Shown here piece after piece: positions 31,235 through 50,852 of a DNA stretch of 64,000 bases. The stretch is taken from assembly GCF_009914755.1 (NCBI RefSeq), contig NC_060947.1. The stretch is one strand, 5' to 3'. Origin of the DNA: the human T2T-CHM13v2.0 reference genome, Homo sapiens. Each line of letters starts with the position of its first letter. Position 1 is the stretch's first letter. A program made the position numbers and the translations under genes. The notes under the pieces are model-generated. The model made no database searches. It worked only from the letters and a program-made list of their open reading frames with translations, and was not told where the DNA came from.

Positions 31235-31329
31235 GCCCTTGCAACATTTCTATGCTGCCTGTGATATCTGTTGAAGTACACTTTTCAAAATGTCACAAGC
31301 GTGGCCCTGATACAAATATGGAGTGAACA

Positions 31330-32440
<1,111 letters not shown>

Positions 32441-32927
32441 TGGTACGGGTTTATGTTTGCATGGTCTATTCCTCTAAAATTCTGGTGGGCTGCTGTTCTT
32501 TCAGGTTAACTTAATGAGGGCAACTAGTGGGATGAATCATAACCCTTGCCATTGGAGCTGGTCTTAGACAACTGCACTAGGAAAAGAAAAATATCCAGAC
32601 TTTTCAAGGACTGTTGGACACAGGGTCTGAGTTGACACTGATATCTAGAGACACAAAGTGTCATTGTGGCCCCTCTGTTAGAGTGGCGTGTACAAAAGCC
32701 AGATAATAAGTAGAGTCCTGGCCCAAGTCCACCTTATAGTGGGACTTTATGGTGCTTACACTGGGGCAATGGGGCCAAGGCCCCAGCTGGTTGTCATTTT
32801 ACTGGTCTTTGAATGTATAATTGGGATTGACATAATTGGTAGTTAGCGTAACTCCTACATTTGTTTCTTGGCCTGTGGGGTAAGAGCTGGATGTGGGGAA
32901 GGCTAAGTGGAAACCTCTGGAACTGCC

Positions 32928-33180
32928 TGTGTTGGTTTTCTGGGGCTGCCATAACAAAGTATTACAAACTGGGTGGCTTAAATAACAGAAGTTCATCATC
33001 TTACAGTTCTGGAGGCCAGAAGTCCAAAATCAAGGTGTTGTCAGGGTTGATTCCTTCTGAGGGCTATGAGGGAGAATCTGTTCCTTGCCTCTTCCCTAGC
33101 TTCTGGCGGTTTGCTGCCAATCTTTGGCTTTCCTTGGCTTGTAAAAGCATCTCTCCAATTTCTGCCTTCATCTTCACGTG

Positions 33181-33217
<37 letters not shown>

Positions 33218-33433
33218 TATGTGTCTGTGTGTCTGTGCCCAAATTTCCCTTTAAGAACATCAGTCATATTGGATTAGGGGCCCACCTGCTTTAGTATGAT
33301 CTCATCCTAACTTAACTAATTTACATCTGTAATGCCTTTATTTCCATATAAGATTACTTTCTGAAGTAGTGGGGGTTAGGACTCCAACATCTGAATTGCA
33401 GTGGGGTGGAGGAACACTATTCAACCCATAACA
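32928..33433 (-). mobile_element. MLT1C-like MaLR LTR containing (GT)n at ~33183-33215
   Basis: TG...CA ends; ggctgccataacaaagta...; 5-bp TSD ctgcc/ctacc. Confidence 0.85.
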
Positions 33434-34031
33434 CTACCCACCACTCAGCAGAGGATCAAAAGCAATTTTGGATCCTGGGGGTATGGCTGAGATTAGCACC
33501 ACCTTTAAGAATCTAGAAGATGCAGGGATGGTGAGTCTCATCGTGTCTCCATCTAATTTGTCAGTCTGGCTCCTTCAGAAACTGGCTGGATCCTGAAGGT
33601 TGACAGAGGACTGCCACAGTTCAACCAAATAACAGCAGCCCCAGTGGCAGCCAGATGTTGTATCATTTCTAGAGAAGCTTAACCTGGCCTCAGGTCGATG
33701 GTATGTGGCCCTCAATTTGTCGAATGCATGCTTTTCTATCCCTATCAGAAAATAAGATCAAAAACAGTTTACAATCACACAAAATGGGAGACAATATTCA
33801 TTTATAGTTTTGTCCCAAAGGTATTTTAACTCTCCTGCCTTCTGTCATAATTAGTAAAAGGGAATCTGGACAGTCTGGATACCCCACAGAACATCACATC
33901 AAGTCATGATATCGATTACATTATGTAAGAGGGGGCCAGCACAATGAAGGACTTGGTAAGAGACATGGGCTCCAGAGGGTAGGAGATGAACACTGAAAAT
34001 TCAGGAAACTGCCACGTGCCTACAAATGTTA

Positions 34032-34562
<531 letters not shown>

Positions 34563-34764
34563 TCAGGATGCAGTTCAAACAGCTCTGCTGCTTGGGCCAT
34601 GTGACCTGGCAACCACTAGAGTGTTGGAAGTATCAGTGGTGGGAAAAGATGGTATAGAATTTGTAGTAAGCCCCAGTGGGCATATCCAAGCTTAGACTTC
34701 TGAGGTTCTGGAGCAGGCCTATGACATGTACAGTGGAGAATTATACATTTTTAAAAAATTGGCC

Positions 34765-35560
34765 CTGGGCAGCGCATGGTGGCTCATGCGTGTAATACCA
34801 GTACTTTGGGAGGCCGAGGTTGCAGTGAGCCATGATCATTCCACTGCACTCTAGCCTGGGCAACATAGCTAGACAATGTGTGAATTGTTTTTTTTAAAAA
34901 AGGCCCAGGCAAATCCTGACACAGGCTACAACATGGATGAACGTGGAGGACATTATGCTAAGCGAAATAAGCCAGTCACAAAAGAACAGATACTATATAA
35001 TTCCACATATTGTGAGGTACCTAGAGTAGTCAAAATCATAGCGACAAAGCCAAATGGGGGATGCCAGGGGCTGAGGGGAGTGGGGAATGGGGAGTTGTTT
35101 AATGAGTGTAGAATTTCAGTTATGCAGCTGGTGCAGTGGCTCACGCCTGTAATCCCAATACTTTGGGAGGCTGAAGCGAGTGGATTGCTTGAGCCTGGGA
35201 GTTCAAGACCAATCTGGGCAATATGTCAAAACCTTTTCTCTATCAAAAATACAAAAAATTAGCTGGGTGTGGTGGCGCAGTCCTGTGGTCCCAGCTACTT
35301 GGGAGGCTGAGGTAGGAGGATCACTTAAGTTTGGGAGGCAGGCGGAGGTTGCAGTGAGCCGAGATCATACCACTGCACTCCAGCCTGGGCGACAGAGTGA
35401 GATCCCATCTCAAAAAAAAAGAAAAAAGAAAAGAAAAGAAAAGAATTTCAGTTATGCAAGATGAAAAGGTTCTGGAGATCTGTTTCACAGCAATGCGAAT
35501 CGAGTTAACACCACTGGACCATAGACTTGGAAATGGTTAAGTTGGTAACAAAGAAGAGAC
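34765..35560 (+). mobile_element. Alu fragment (~34765-34875) and L1MB-like 3' fragment (~34910-35560) with a nested Alu (35127-35441)
   Basis: L1MB motifs acaacatggatgaac...gacattatgctaag; nested Alu TSD agaatttcagttatgca at 35110-35126 and 35442-35458. Confidence 0.85.
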
Positions 35561-36046
35561 TCAGAATCTCACAAATAAAAATGGTGAACATTGTTTCATA
35601 TATATATATATGGCCCTGATGTGTTACTGGGCTGTGGTAGAGATGGAATGCTTGGCCATGGAGCACTGAGACATCATGCACCTGGAGCTGCCGGTCATGA
35701 GCTGGGATTCTGAATGCAAATAAGGAGGCCCTCTGGTGTTCACATCTGGCTTTCAGTCATTTGTCACAGTCCAGTTGTCTGAATAACATTAACTTTTTGT
35801 AAAGCATCAGTGGCACTTGTAATAGCCATCCAATGCTTTTATCCTTAGATCCTTTCATCTACTGTTTCCCCCATATATCTCTAACGCCTGATACATCTTG
35901 TTCAATCATGCATTCTTTCCCACCTGTATAGTCTCCCAACTCACAAACAGTGAAAGCTTTAACAGCCAAACCCCTATTTTGTACCAGGGGCTGTCTGTGC
36001 TCCATCTGCCACCAAGGATGGGGTCCTCATTGCCAGCTGATGGTGA

Positions 36047-36398
<352 letters not shown>

Positions 36399-36424
36399 AT
36401 CTCTTACTTTCTTAGACTCCTCCC

Positions 36425-36795
36425 AGTATTATCTATCACAGGGTGGGTTTTCCTGAGTCAGTTGCTGAGATGGAGTTTTGGGTACAAGATTGGGGATCAA
36501 TTGATATGAAAGGAAGGGGTGAATAAACAGGATCAGGCAGAGGGAGAGCTGAGTGGGATGCAGGCCACACAAAGCCTTGGCCAACCCAGTGGGGAGCTCT
36601 GGAGCAGGGACAGCGCAGTAGAGTGTCCCCTGTTTTGGGGAAAGGGCATGACCTTCGAGAGGTAGCTTTTTGCAGCTGGAGCGAACCCTGATGGAGCTGA
36701 CAACTGGAGGCTGCCTGCCCACTGCACTCCCTGCAGCTGCACAGTGAGTCTTTCCTTGAAAGGTGGTCTGGGTGGTGCATCTCTATGTTTACCTC
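36425..36795. mobile_element. ERVL-type LTR (LTR40/41-like)
   Basis: gctgagatggagtttt...ggcagagggagagctgag...ccaacccagtggggagctctggagc. Confidence 0.55.
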
Positions 36796-37182
36796 AAAGT
36801 GTCAAATATTTTATTCAACTTATCGTTGAGGAAACAGCAGTATGCTAATGCTGGTTCCGAGAGCATTTGAGGACCTGGATTTATATAATCCTTTATAAAA
36901 AAGAATATTAGATTAATACTGTTAGGTTAGGTACAAAACAGATTAATGTGTCACAGGGCAATGAAACCATATCCTTTGGAGTTATCTTTCTGACAGAACA
37001 AAAATCATTTGTTTCTCTACTGGACAAACATCTGCAAGTTAATAGAAAACTTCACAGAGTCTAGGCTTTTGATCAATAGTAGACAGTGTATCAAAGAAAG
37101 GCACATTCTACTTACAGAATTCAGTAGTTCCTGGGCGAGCCTGTTAAACAATGCTCCAATATGACATTAAAAAGACATGCTG

Positions 37183-37290
37183 TTGCTTGAGCCCAGGAGT
37201 TTGAGGTTATAGTGAGCTATGATCATACAATTGCCCTCCAGCCTGGACAACAGCACGAGACTCCATCTCTAAATAAATAAATAAAGAAGA
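37183..37290 (+). mobile_element. Alu right-monomer fragment
   Basis: gcttgagcccaggagtttgaggtt...(TAAA)n tail. Confidence 0.8.
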
Positions 37291-37811
37291 CACACTGATC
37301 TCCACTTGCTCTATTTCCAAGTTTTTGGATACATTTTCTTATCATCTCTAAGGCAGAGCATCCCCCCTCTGGTGCTGAACAACCAGCCTCTTCCCCCTCA
37401 CCTTTTACATTTGTCCTTGGAATTGGATCTTCGTTTTGTCAGGAACTGGTTACTGCCTTCCAGGAGCTTTGAAGAGTTGAATACAATTGCTGCCCATGGT
37501 TTCCTTGTCTCCTTTTCTTAAAATTTAGCAATCACATTGAAGCTAAGCCTCCTTTCTAGTGATTGCAACTTACTGTTTTTATCAGAAAGCTTCTATTTTC
37601 CAAGGCAAAAATGGTGGCTAAGGTAGACCCTCAGATGGACCCCTACTTCTCCTTAGTCAGAAAGTAATCTTTTTGGAAATCTGAAGAAATTTCTTGTATA
37701 GCTCCTTTATCATCCTTTATCCTCTGAAAAGTCATACTATAGTCTTGCCCATAGAACAGCCCTTCGTGAATCCTTACTTATGTTATGTCTAATTCTCCAA
37801 ACACCGCCCCC

Positions 37812-38109
37812 TTTTTTTTTTTTAAACTAGACGGAGTCTCACTCTGTCACCCAGGCTGGAGTGCAGTGGCCCAATCTCGGCTCACTGCAACCTCCACCTC
37901 CTGCTTCAAGCAATTCTCGTGCCTCAGCCTCCCGAGTAGCTGGGATTACAGGCACACGTCACCACGTCTGGCTAATTTTTGTATTTTTTTGTAGAGATGG
38001 GGTTTCACCATGTTGGCCAGGCTGGTCTTGAACTCCTGACCTCAGGTGATCTACCCACCTCAGCCTCCCGAAATGTTGGGATTACTGGCGTGAGCCACGG
38101 TGCCTGGCC
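37812..38109 (-). mobile_element. AluS
   Basis: Antisense Alu consensus. Confidence 0.92.
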
Positions 38110-38287
38110 TGAACACCTTTTGCATTTGTCATCATCTAAGTCTTTATGTTTCTTCCTATCAATATCTTCTTACCACTTTATCCCCTACACCCATTCTCCG
38201 TATCCGTGCAAATGCTCCTCATCCATCAAGTTTCAGTTTCATCTCCTCCATGAGTAACACTTCCCTAAGGACATTGTGTCCTTTACA

Positions 38288-40810
<2,523 letters not shown>

Positions 40811-40847
40811 ATTTACACTGTTCCATCTGGTAATTCTTTGTCAACTC

Positions 40848-41785
40848 TGTAAAGCAAAACTAAAATTCTAAGCCCCCCACCCATCTGAATGGACCCCTTC
40901 TCTCAGCTAAGTGTATTCCAAAGTTAACCTGAAAAACTAGTTTAGGTCATGATGGGAAGGAGGAGTAGGGCATGCCCCATTATGCCCTCCTCCCTTTTAG
41001 AATTCTGGCACAGCTGACCAGTATTAACATTAACACAGACCTTAAGGCTGACAAAGCAGACTCTTTGTAATAAGAAGATATCAAATTCCATCCTGACTCT
41101 AGTACAGCATCACACGACAGATAGCATGCCCTGAAATAAATCAAAGTATTTTACCCGAAATCATGTTTATTTGCCATATCTTTGTCCTGCAAAGCTGTCT
41201 TTTATGGGGAAAATGTACACTCTGAAGAGAATCCCCTTCCTTTTCCAGGCCTTTTCCCTGATCCAGGAGAGAACCAACTCTGGTAAGAAACATTTACAAT
41301 CTATTCTCTCTGAAGCCTGCTACCTGGAGGCTTCATTGGCATAATGGGAACCTTGGTCTCCACAACTCCCCCTTTACCCAGACACTCCTTTCTATTGATT
41401 CTGTCTGCATAATGGAAGCCCCAGTGTCCACAACCCCTTATCTTAACCCAGACATTCCCTTCTGTTGATTCTAGGTCTTTAGACAATAACTTAACTCTTT
41501 CAACCAATTGCCAATCAGAAAATCTTTGACTCTATCTGTAACATGGAAGGACCTCCACACTTGGAATTGTCCTGTCTTTTCTGACCGAACCAATGTACAT
41601 CTTACATGTACTGATTGATGTCTTATGTCTCTCTAAAATATATATAACCAAACTGTACCCCAACCACCGTGGGCACATGTTCTCAGGATCTCCTGAGGGC
41701 TGTGTCACAGACAATTGGTCACTTATATTTGGCTCTGAATACATATTTTCAAATACTTTACAGAGTGTGACTCTTTTCATCAACA
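40848..41785 (+). mobile_element. MER4-family solo LTR (MER4D/E-like, ERV1)
   Basis: Starts TGTAAAGCAAAACTAAAATTCTAAGCCCCCC and ends tttacagagtgtgactcttttcatcaaca. Confidence 0.82.
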
Positions 41786-41868
41786 ACACTCATCTCATCT
41801 CTGAATCACTCCAAAGAAGGGGCTCCACAACCACTTCTGTTAACTTGCCAGTGGACTAGTTCTGTAGC

Positions 41869-43473
41869 TGTCGCAGGATTCCTGGGTGTTGCTTTTCTGG
41901 CTGGAAACCTCTGTGGCCAGTGGCGCCTTTGCCCAAGTTTTGCTCAGGCCCGCTGGGCTGGTTCCACCCACTCAGCCTGGCAGGCTGTGCTTTGCTCATG
42001 CTATTGCCCTGGACCCCACACCTGCCAAGGGCAAGCCAGGCATGGAACAGTGAGGGGTGTGTGAGCAAGTGAGCAGGGGGTCCAGCCACTGCACACAGTC
42101 AAGCATGTTGGCTGCTGCAGTGGGACAGGCAGCTCCAGGTGCCAGCATGGATGCTGGCTCACTGCGAGGCTGCAGCTGGACCAGGCACACCACAAGCAGC
42201 TTCCATGGCTGGCACTGGGGAACAGTGGTGCCTGGAAACTTGGAGACTCTAGGAACCACAGGACCTCAAAGAGGAAGTCACAGCCCTGGCTCAGGGAGCA
42301 CCCACATCTGGGTTCCCTGAAGGGCTGCAGCTCTTCTTTCCTTCTTTGCCTGCAACGTGGCAAGCAAGAGGTGTGTTTCAGCCCTGTTTGTGTTACAACT
42401 CTTTCAGCTCTGCCGTTCGGCAGCTCCCGAGTTCTTGTCTTGTGTCCAGGAAGAATGAAGTACATGGACAAATGGACAATGAGCAAGGTGAAGAGGAGCT
42501 TTACTGAGTGACTGAATAGCTCAGAGGAAACCCTGGAATGGGTAGCTCCTCTCTGAAGGCAGGTCATCTTTCAGATGAGAGTGTTCAGCTCTCAGCAGCA
42601 AGGAAGCCCTGAAATGGGTAGCTCTTCTTTACAGGCACATTATGGTGATGTCTCCCAGAGTCTGGCTGAGTCCAGGGTTCTCATGGGCCTCAGAGGGGAG
42701 GAAGTGTGTGCTGATTGGTCCATGGGCAGCCATGGCTGGGCCCAGGAAAAACATCACCAGTTCCCCCTCCGGTCAGCAGGACTGGAGGCCTGGCTTCCAG
42801 GCTTCAGGCCTTCCCCAGCCTGAAGGTAGGGCTTCACCGGGGACCCACTACTTTCTACCCCAGAGCCTGTCTCTTATGGCTTTCTATGGTGCCCAATTTG
42901 TTTGTGCCAAGGAGTGCCTGCAGGCCAGTGTGGAGCTGCCCTCAGCACCCCCTCGGCCTCCCTCCTGTGCTGGTCAGTGCCCAAAGTCTGGAGAGGGCTG
43001 AGGCAGCAGGGGGCTGGCATGTCAGCACTGCCTAGAGTGCGCACACACACGGCCAGGCTGTGATAGCACCTGGGCTTGGCCCCAACCTTGCTCTGAGATT
43101 GGAGTGGGCGCTGGGAGTGTGGAGAAGCCAGGCAGAAGGAGCAGACCCCTCTGAGCCTGTGGGGGGACGGGGGTCTTCCTGGGACCCTGAGAGTGCAGAT
43201 ATGCCCAGGTCTGCAGCTGTGGCTTGGATGGTTGCAGCTATGTCCAGGAGGGTGGGGCTCCCGCCTGCTCCTAGCCCCCAAGAGCACAGGGAAGCCTGGG
43301 TCTGGAGCCATGGCAGGGCAGCTGCAGCAGCTCCCTCCCCACCAACTTGGAAGGGGTGCAGCTCCTGCTTGTCCCTGGCTCCCACCAGCTCCCTGTAACT
43401 TGCAGCCCTGTGCCTCCCGGCTGTAGCCAGCACCTTGGCAGCAGCTGCTCCAGATGGGTTGCTGCTGCCATCA
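41869..43473 (-). mobile_element. MER52A-like solo LTR (ERV1)
   Basis: - strand begins TGATGGCAGCAGC; GC-rich; 4-bp TSD tagc/tagt. It accounts for the many overlapping spurious ORFs here. Confidence 0.85.
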
Positions 43474-44033
43474 TAGTCGCTCTGGTTCATCTGGCTCTCT
43501 CTGATAGTCTTAGCACCTGGAGTGTAAATAGAACAACCTTGTCCTGCTTATGCTTCCTAAAATCCTAGGCTCCTTCATCTTCTTATGCCAGCTGAAGTAT
43601 GGGCTCCCTTAAAGCAGGAAATAGTGTTGAGGTCCCTTCTTTTTCTTACATCCCTCTTGGTGCAGTGTACTGCCGACCTGGGGACACAATAGGTATATGA
43701 TGTATAAGTGAGGATTGGTTCTTTCCTCCTATAGTAAACATTTATGTTTTTGACCTGATTCCATTAATGTCCAAGTTGAGCTTTCTGTTTCAGAGCACAT
43801 CCAATTATTCATGAATATTTATAGACATTACCTTTAATCACATGAGAACATCCTAGTTAGGACAAGCTGCCCTCAGAGAAAATTACAGGGGCATGTGGGT
43901 TCTCTTCCCTATGGTGGTGGGTAGTGGAGCCAGACCCAGGATTCCTTCTCTTTCTCCTGCCCATCATCTCAAGACACTTAATATGAGGCTGCATGATCAC
44001 TTCTTTGTGTTCGAAGATGTCAAATTTCTTTCA

Positions 44034-44552
<519 letters not shown>

Positions 44553-44928
44553 TCATATATGCCTCAGTTTCCTCATTTGTTGAGTGAGATATCTAGACTA
44601 GGGAAATCTTAAAGCTAACAGCCTTCAGTTCCCGTGTTTTATCTTCCAACATCAGCAACAAAAACAGGAAGCCTCAGTACCCTGATATTTGCAGAGTTTC
44701 TGGCCTGAGCCCCCATGGCTTCTGGCTGAGCCATCCAAGGATTTTGGTTCTCTCTCAAACAGCTTCATCTTCCACCAGATTTTAATCTGAATGCCCAATA
44801 AAGTCAAATAGAGTTGGCCTCTGAAATGAAAATACTGTTACAAGTGGGAGAGAAACTGGAGGGTGAGTACTGCTAGAACATGAGAAATCTCTCTTGTGGG
44901 ATTCCCCCTGCACAGTTATTAAAGTTTT

Positions 44929-45060
44929 GAAGGGTACCAGAATATGCCACTCCAAAATATGCCTCTTTGGTATATACATTATTTTGTGCTAAAGACCATT
45001 GATAACCAGCAGATGCAGGAAAAGCTCTTTACTTCCCCCTAACTGCCTAAAAATAGGCAT
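44929..45060 (+). mobile_element. MER34-like LTR 5' fragment
   Basis: tgaagggtaccagaatatgccactccaaaatatgcctctttgg...agcagatgcagg. Confidence 0.65.
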
Positions 45061-45739
45061 TTATGAAGTGGCATGTCTGTGGAAACAAAAGAAAAACAAA
45101 AGTTAATGGTTAGAAAAACTTTACACCCAGATTTTTAGTCCAGAGGGCAGTCATTCAAGGCTTTTAGGTGCTGGACCGGAAGCATCTTTAGATGATAGAG
45201 TGGGAGTAGGCAGTGGCAATCCACTGATTTTCCTGATTTGCAGTGTCACAGTCATGGTTTTTTCTCAGAGCAGAGCATGAATGGATCCAGCTTCAGCTTG
45301 CAGGGCTTTTTAGATAGTCCCAATAAGGACCCGGGCAGTCAGATCTTAGTTTTCAGTGGCATCAAGTCAGAGGGGGTGAGAGAATAATTAGAAATGTTAA
45401 TTACTGACAAAAAGCACAGAACAGCAGGATCCAGTTTACAAAGAGGTAAAAAGACAAAACAAAACAAAATGTTCAAAGATAGTGAACATGGCTAGAATTT
45501 GACAACCCACAAGGGTGTGCTATAGTTTCTCACAGGAACAGAATTTTTCTTTCTATAATCACTCTCATTTCTATCAAAGATCATCAAAGGAAGACTCATT
45601 TGCTTACAAGGTAAGTCTTGTCTCATTAAACTTGGCCTGATAAGTGCATAAGTGCAGCAAGAATAGTGACTGATCATATAGACTCTTTTAAGTCTGCTTT
45701 GCTGGATCTTTTAATAAGGAATCTCAAATTAGTCTTTCA

Positions 45740-46359
<620 letters not shown>

Positions 46360-47042
46360 TAAGATTCTTGGACCTGTCAGGAAGTGGCCTTCCTTATTCA
46401 TCTGTAAGAAGAGGGATCCTGTAAGACAGGTACCAAGCCGGTGTTCCAAGAGGGCTTTGTAAGCATTGGCTCCATAAAGTCAACCTTAGTTCCTTACATC
46501 TGTTTGGTCTTATCTGATTCTATGTTCCTTATTCTTAAATATGACATTCCATTCAAATCCTTGGTAAGATAACCAGTGTTTCTAATTTTGTCCTGTTTTA
46601 AGAACAGATTCTTATTGAACTTATGCAAATAACTATATTACCATGTATCCTGTTACAGAAAAGATCCTTACTGAAGATATGCAAATAACAATATTACCAC
46701 GAAAATAATATTTAATAAGAGTTTCTGAATTCTGGAAGGATGAGATAGGGAGAAAAATAAATATTTTATTTTCATTTACAAAGGTATAATCTAACAAATT
46801 GTTGTAAGTTATAAATAGTTTAAGAGAAAAGAGAAAAAGCGTTTTCTTAAATCTGGAAAATAAAACACTAAAGAACCTACAATGTTTCAAAAAGAAAGTC
46901 ATAAAAATTATAATCATCTTCATCAGTTTATTCAGGGCCATGTAATTAATTTTTGTCCTGCTTGATCTTGGGTTAGCAGCTTTATAAAGTCATGAGAATT
47001 TTGTTTTTTTTTTAAACCTGAGTTCTGGGAATTTTTACTCAG

Positions 47043-47347
47043 TTTTTTTTTTTTTTTTTTTTTTTTTAATGGAGTCTTGCTCTGTCGCCCATGCTAGAGT
47101 GGAGTGGCACATTCTTGGCTCACTGCAACCTCGCCTCCTGGGTTCAAGCGATTCTCTTGCCTCAGCCTCCGGAGCAGCTGGGATTACAGGCGCCCGCCAC
47201 CATGCCCGGATAATTTCTGTAGTTTTAGTAGAGACAGGGTTTCACCATGTTGGCCAGCCTGGTCTCGAACTCCTGGCCTCAAGTGATCTGCCCGCCTCGG
47301 CCTTCCAAAGTGCTGGGATAAGAGGTGTGAGCTACAGTGCCTGGCCA
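47043..47347 (-). mobile_element. AluS
   Basis: Long poly-T plus Alu consensus. Confidence 0.92.
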
Positions 47348-48503
47348 AGTTCAGTGGTATGATCTTAAGGTTATTGGAAACCCGTACTTTGGAATACTCG
47401 TCAGAGTCTTTTGTTTGAATCCTTTTGAAGATGGAGCACTTTTGTTTTTTGCTTACAGGTGATTGTAAAAGCTATCAGATAAAAACCAAAATAATAATTG
47501 CCTGTGAATGACAAAATACTTAAAATAGCCATGGTTAAAGATCTAACTAATTATAATGCAATTGATGATGAAATTTGGTTATTTCTGTGACATAAGATAT
47601 TTTAACATAATATCTGGAATTATGTTAAATTATGTTAAATCCATAATATCTGGAATACCAGAACATATAGACAGTAAAGACATTGACAAATTTTTAGGAA
47701 TATTATACAATTTCTGAAACACATACATATATATGTTTTAATTTTTCATAGAGACGTAGGTCTTACTACGTGGCCCAGGCTGGTTGAACTCCTGGCCTCA
47801 AGACAAGATCCTCTTGTCTGGGCCTCCCAAAGTGTTGGAATTATAGGCCACCATGCCTGGCCTGAAACACTTATATTAATAACATAGATATTTACAAATA
47901 TAACCTAAAGAAGGTTAAGCATCAGTTCACATTTCACAATGATTCCCATATAATTTAACATATCAAATACATCTAATTAGTTTAGCATCTCTCTTTTACA
48001 AGGTGATAGAGAGAACAAGTCCTTTGAGATTTTACAGGGGCCCTCTGGGAAATCTCAGTTAGTTTGAGGCAAAAAAGGATTTCATTTAGAATTTCATTTG
48101 GGGAAGTTTGTAAAAAAAATGTCAAAAGGTTTGAACACCTGATTATATAAGATCAAGAACACTATGAGACAATACTTAGTTATCTATTTAAAACAAAATG
48201 ACAATAAAAGATTTCAAAGGCAAATATAGAAAGTAACGTATGTATAAAAAATTGCTTAGCTCTTTCAATACTGAGAAAATTCCATTTCATTAAGTAATCA
48301 AAGGCTTGATAAAGACAATATGAAGCACAGAAAATTATTTTTAAAATTTTTTATTGATACATAATAAGTGCACATATTTAGGGGGTACAGGTGATATTTT
48401 GATACATGCATACTTAGTTCAAGTCAGGGTACTTAGGACACTTATCATGTCAAACATTTATCATTTCTTTGTGTTAGGAATATTTCAAATCTTCTCTTCT
48501 AGC

Positions 48504-48801
48504 CTTTTTTTTTTTCTTAACACAGGGTCTTGATCTGTTGCCCAGTCTGGAGTGCAATGGTGCCATCATGGCTCACTGCAGCTTCGGCTGCCCAGGCTCA
48601 AGTGATCCTCCCATCTCAGCCTCCTGAGTAGTTGGGACCACAGGCATATGCCACCATGCCTAGCTAACTTTTTAAATTATTTGTAGAGATGAGGTCTCGC
48701 TATATTGCCCAGGCTGGTCTTGAACTCCTGGGCTCAAGTGATCCTCCCACATCAGCCTTCTAAAGTGCTGGGATTATAAGCATGAGCCACCATGCCTGGC
48801 C
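48504..48801 (-). mobile_element. AluJ nested in an L1MA 3' fragment (~48345-48900)
   Basis: Flanks cttctagc; L1MA motifs on both sides. Confidence 0.85.
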
Positions 48802-48938
48802 ACTTCTAGCTGCTTTTGAAATATACAATAAATTGTTAACTATAGTCACCCTACTGTGTATTCAAACACTAAAACTTGTTCCTTTTATCTAATTGTATGT
48901 TTGAAATTATTTGAAAAGACACAGAATCTTTGTTTTCT

Positions 48939-49353
48939 TTTTTTTTTGTTTTTTTTTTTTAATTATACTTTAAGTTTTAGGGTACATGTGCACATTGTGC
49001 AGGTTAGTTACATATGTATACATGTGCCATGCTGGTGCGCTGCACCCACTATCTCATCATCTAGCATTAGGTACATCTCCCAGTGCTATCCCTCCCCCCT
49101 CCCCCCACCCCACAACAGTCCCCAGAGTGTGATATTCCCCTTCCTCTGTCCATGTGATCTCATTGTTCAGTTCCCACCTATGAGTGAGAATATGCGGTGT
49201 TTGGTTTTTTGTTCTTGCAATAGTTTACTGAGAATGATGATTTCCAATTTCATCCATGTCCCTACAAAGGACATGAACTCATCATTTTTTATGGCTGCAT
49301 AGTATTCCATGGTGTACATGTGCCACATTTTCTTAATCCAGTCTATCATTGTT
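48939..49353 (-). mobile_element. Young 5'-truncated L1 (L1PA2-like), ~415 bp
   Basis: 3'UTR catgtgccatgctggtgcgctgcacccact; TSD tttgttttct at 48929-48938 and 49354-49363. Confidence 0.9.
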
Positions 49354-50239
49354 TTTGTTTTCTATTACTTACTCAATAGGTAAAGAAAACCCCCTTACAA
49401 TAATCCAATTTTTTTCATTTTAACAGAGAGAGAAATTCAAATTATAGTTTTGCATAGGTACATTACTGATATTAAATCTCATTTTAAAAACTGTTATAAT
49501 AAACTCATTCAATTAAAATAGACGACAATTTAATTGTCGCTAAAATGACAGGTTAAGGCCTGTTTGACCACAGGAGATAAGATTCTCTCTCTGTGTGTCT
49601 CTCAGTCTCTTTCTTTACATTTTATATCTATTTCAGTTTTTGTCCTTTATTTTCCCCTTTCTCATTTTGAAACAAAATTTAAATAACCCCTCAACTAGAA
49701 CAAAATTACTCTCCTTTTCCCTTAACAAAAATGCACCCTTCATACCTCAGACCTTTTCTTACCAAAGCACATCTTATTTTCCTTGCACACTTTGCATATA
49801 GAATTTTTTCCTTTGTCCTTATTATTTCTAGTAGTTAAATATATTGATTAGAATTCTTAACCCTTAGCAATCTTCATTCTCAGTTAAAATTAGAAAGCAA
49901 GGAAGTGTAAACTGTCACATACCAACATTTTGTAGTAGATTAGCAAATTTATGGATACACCCTTTCATAATTCCTAGAGATATATGCTTCCCTGTAGTAT
50001 AATTTTTTGATGTGGCAAAGGATATTTTTAGTAACAGGTCCCAATATCTTTAGTATCTCTGTAAAAATTAAGAAGCCAAAATTAGATGAATTTAAACTTA
50101 TGTTTAGCAATTGATGTTGCAGTATTTTATATTATTTGTTAATCATCTAGATATTTAATGATTATCTATCTATCATTTAATGTTACTTAGTATACTTTTA
50201 GGGCTTCAAATTACCAAAAAGATTTTGGAAGCATTTTCA

Positions 50240-50617
<378 letters not shown>

Positions 50618-50852
50618 TTAGCCCATTTCCATTCATTTAATTCACTTGTTATTAACAATTATGCATGAATTGTTCATGAAAATTTCCTGAGACATTAAAC
50701 AAAGCTAGCCATCATCTTATTTTTCTTGCTGACCAATTTTATAACACATGTATATTAGGCAAGCATCAAACATTACAGAACAAAGCACCTGAAAAATTAA
50801 ACACATGGCTCCCCAAATTTGTTTTTACTGGTGTACTTCATACACACAAGCA

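Noticed and set aside
30849-31247. 132-aa ORF as an N-extended VDAC1 protein
   Set aside because: Starts at a TTG inside the TSD and ends at the frameshift; part of the pseudogene.
41869-43568. Cluster of long overlapping ORFs (up to 188 aa)
   Set aside because: All lie in a GC-rich MER52-type LTR.
49523-49539. Inverted repeat cgacaatt-t-aattgtcg
   Set aside because: An 8-bp stem in AT-rich ERV sequence is within chance expectation for 64 kb.
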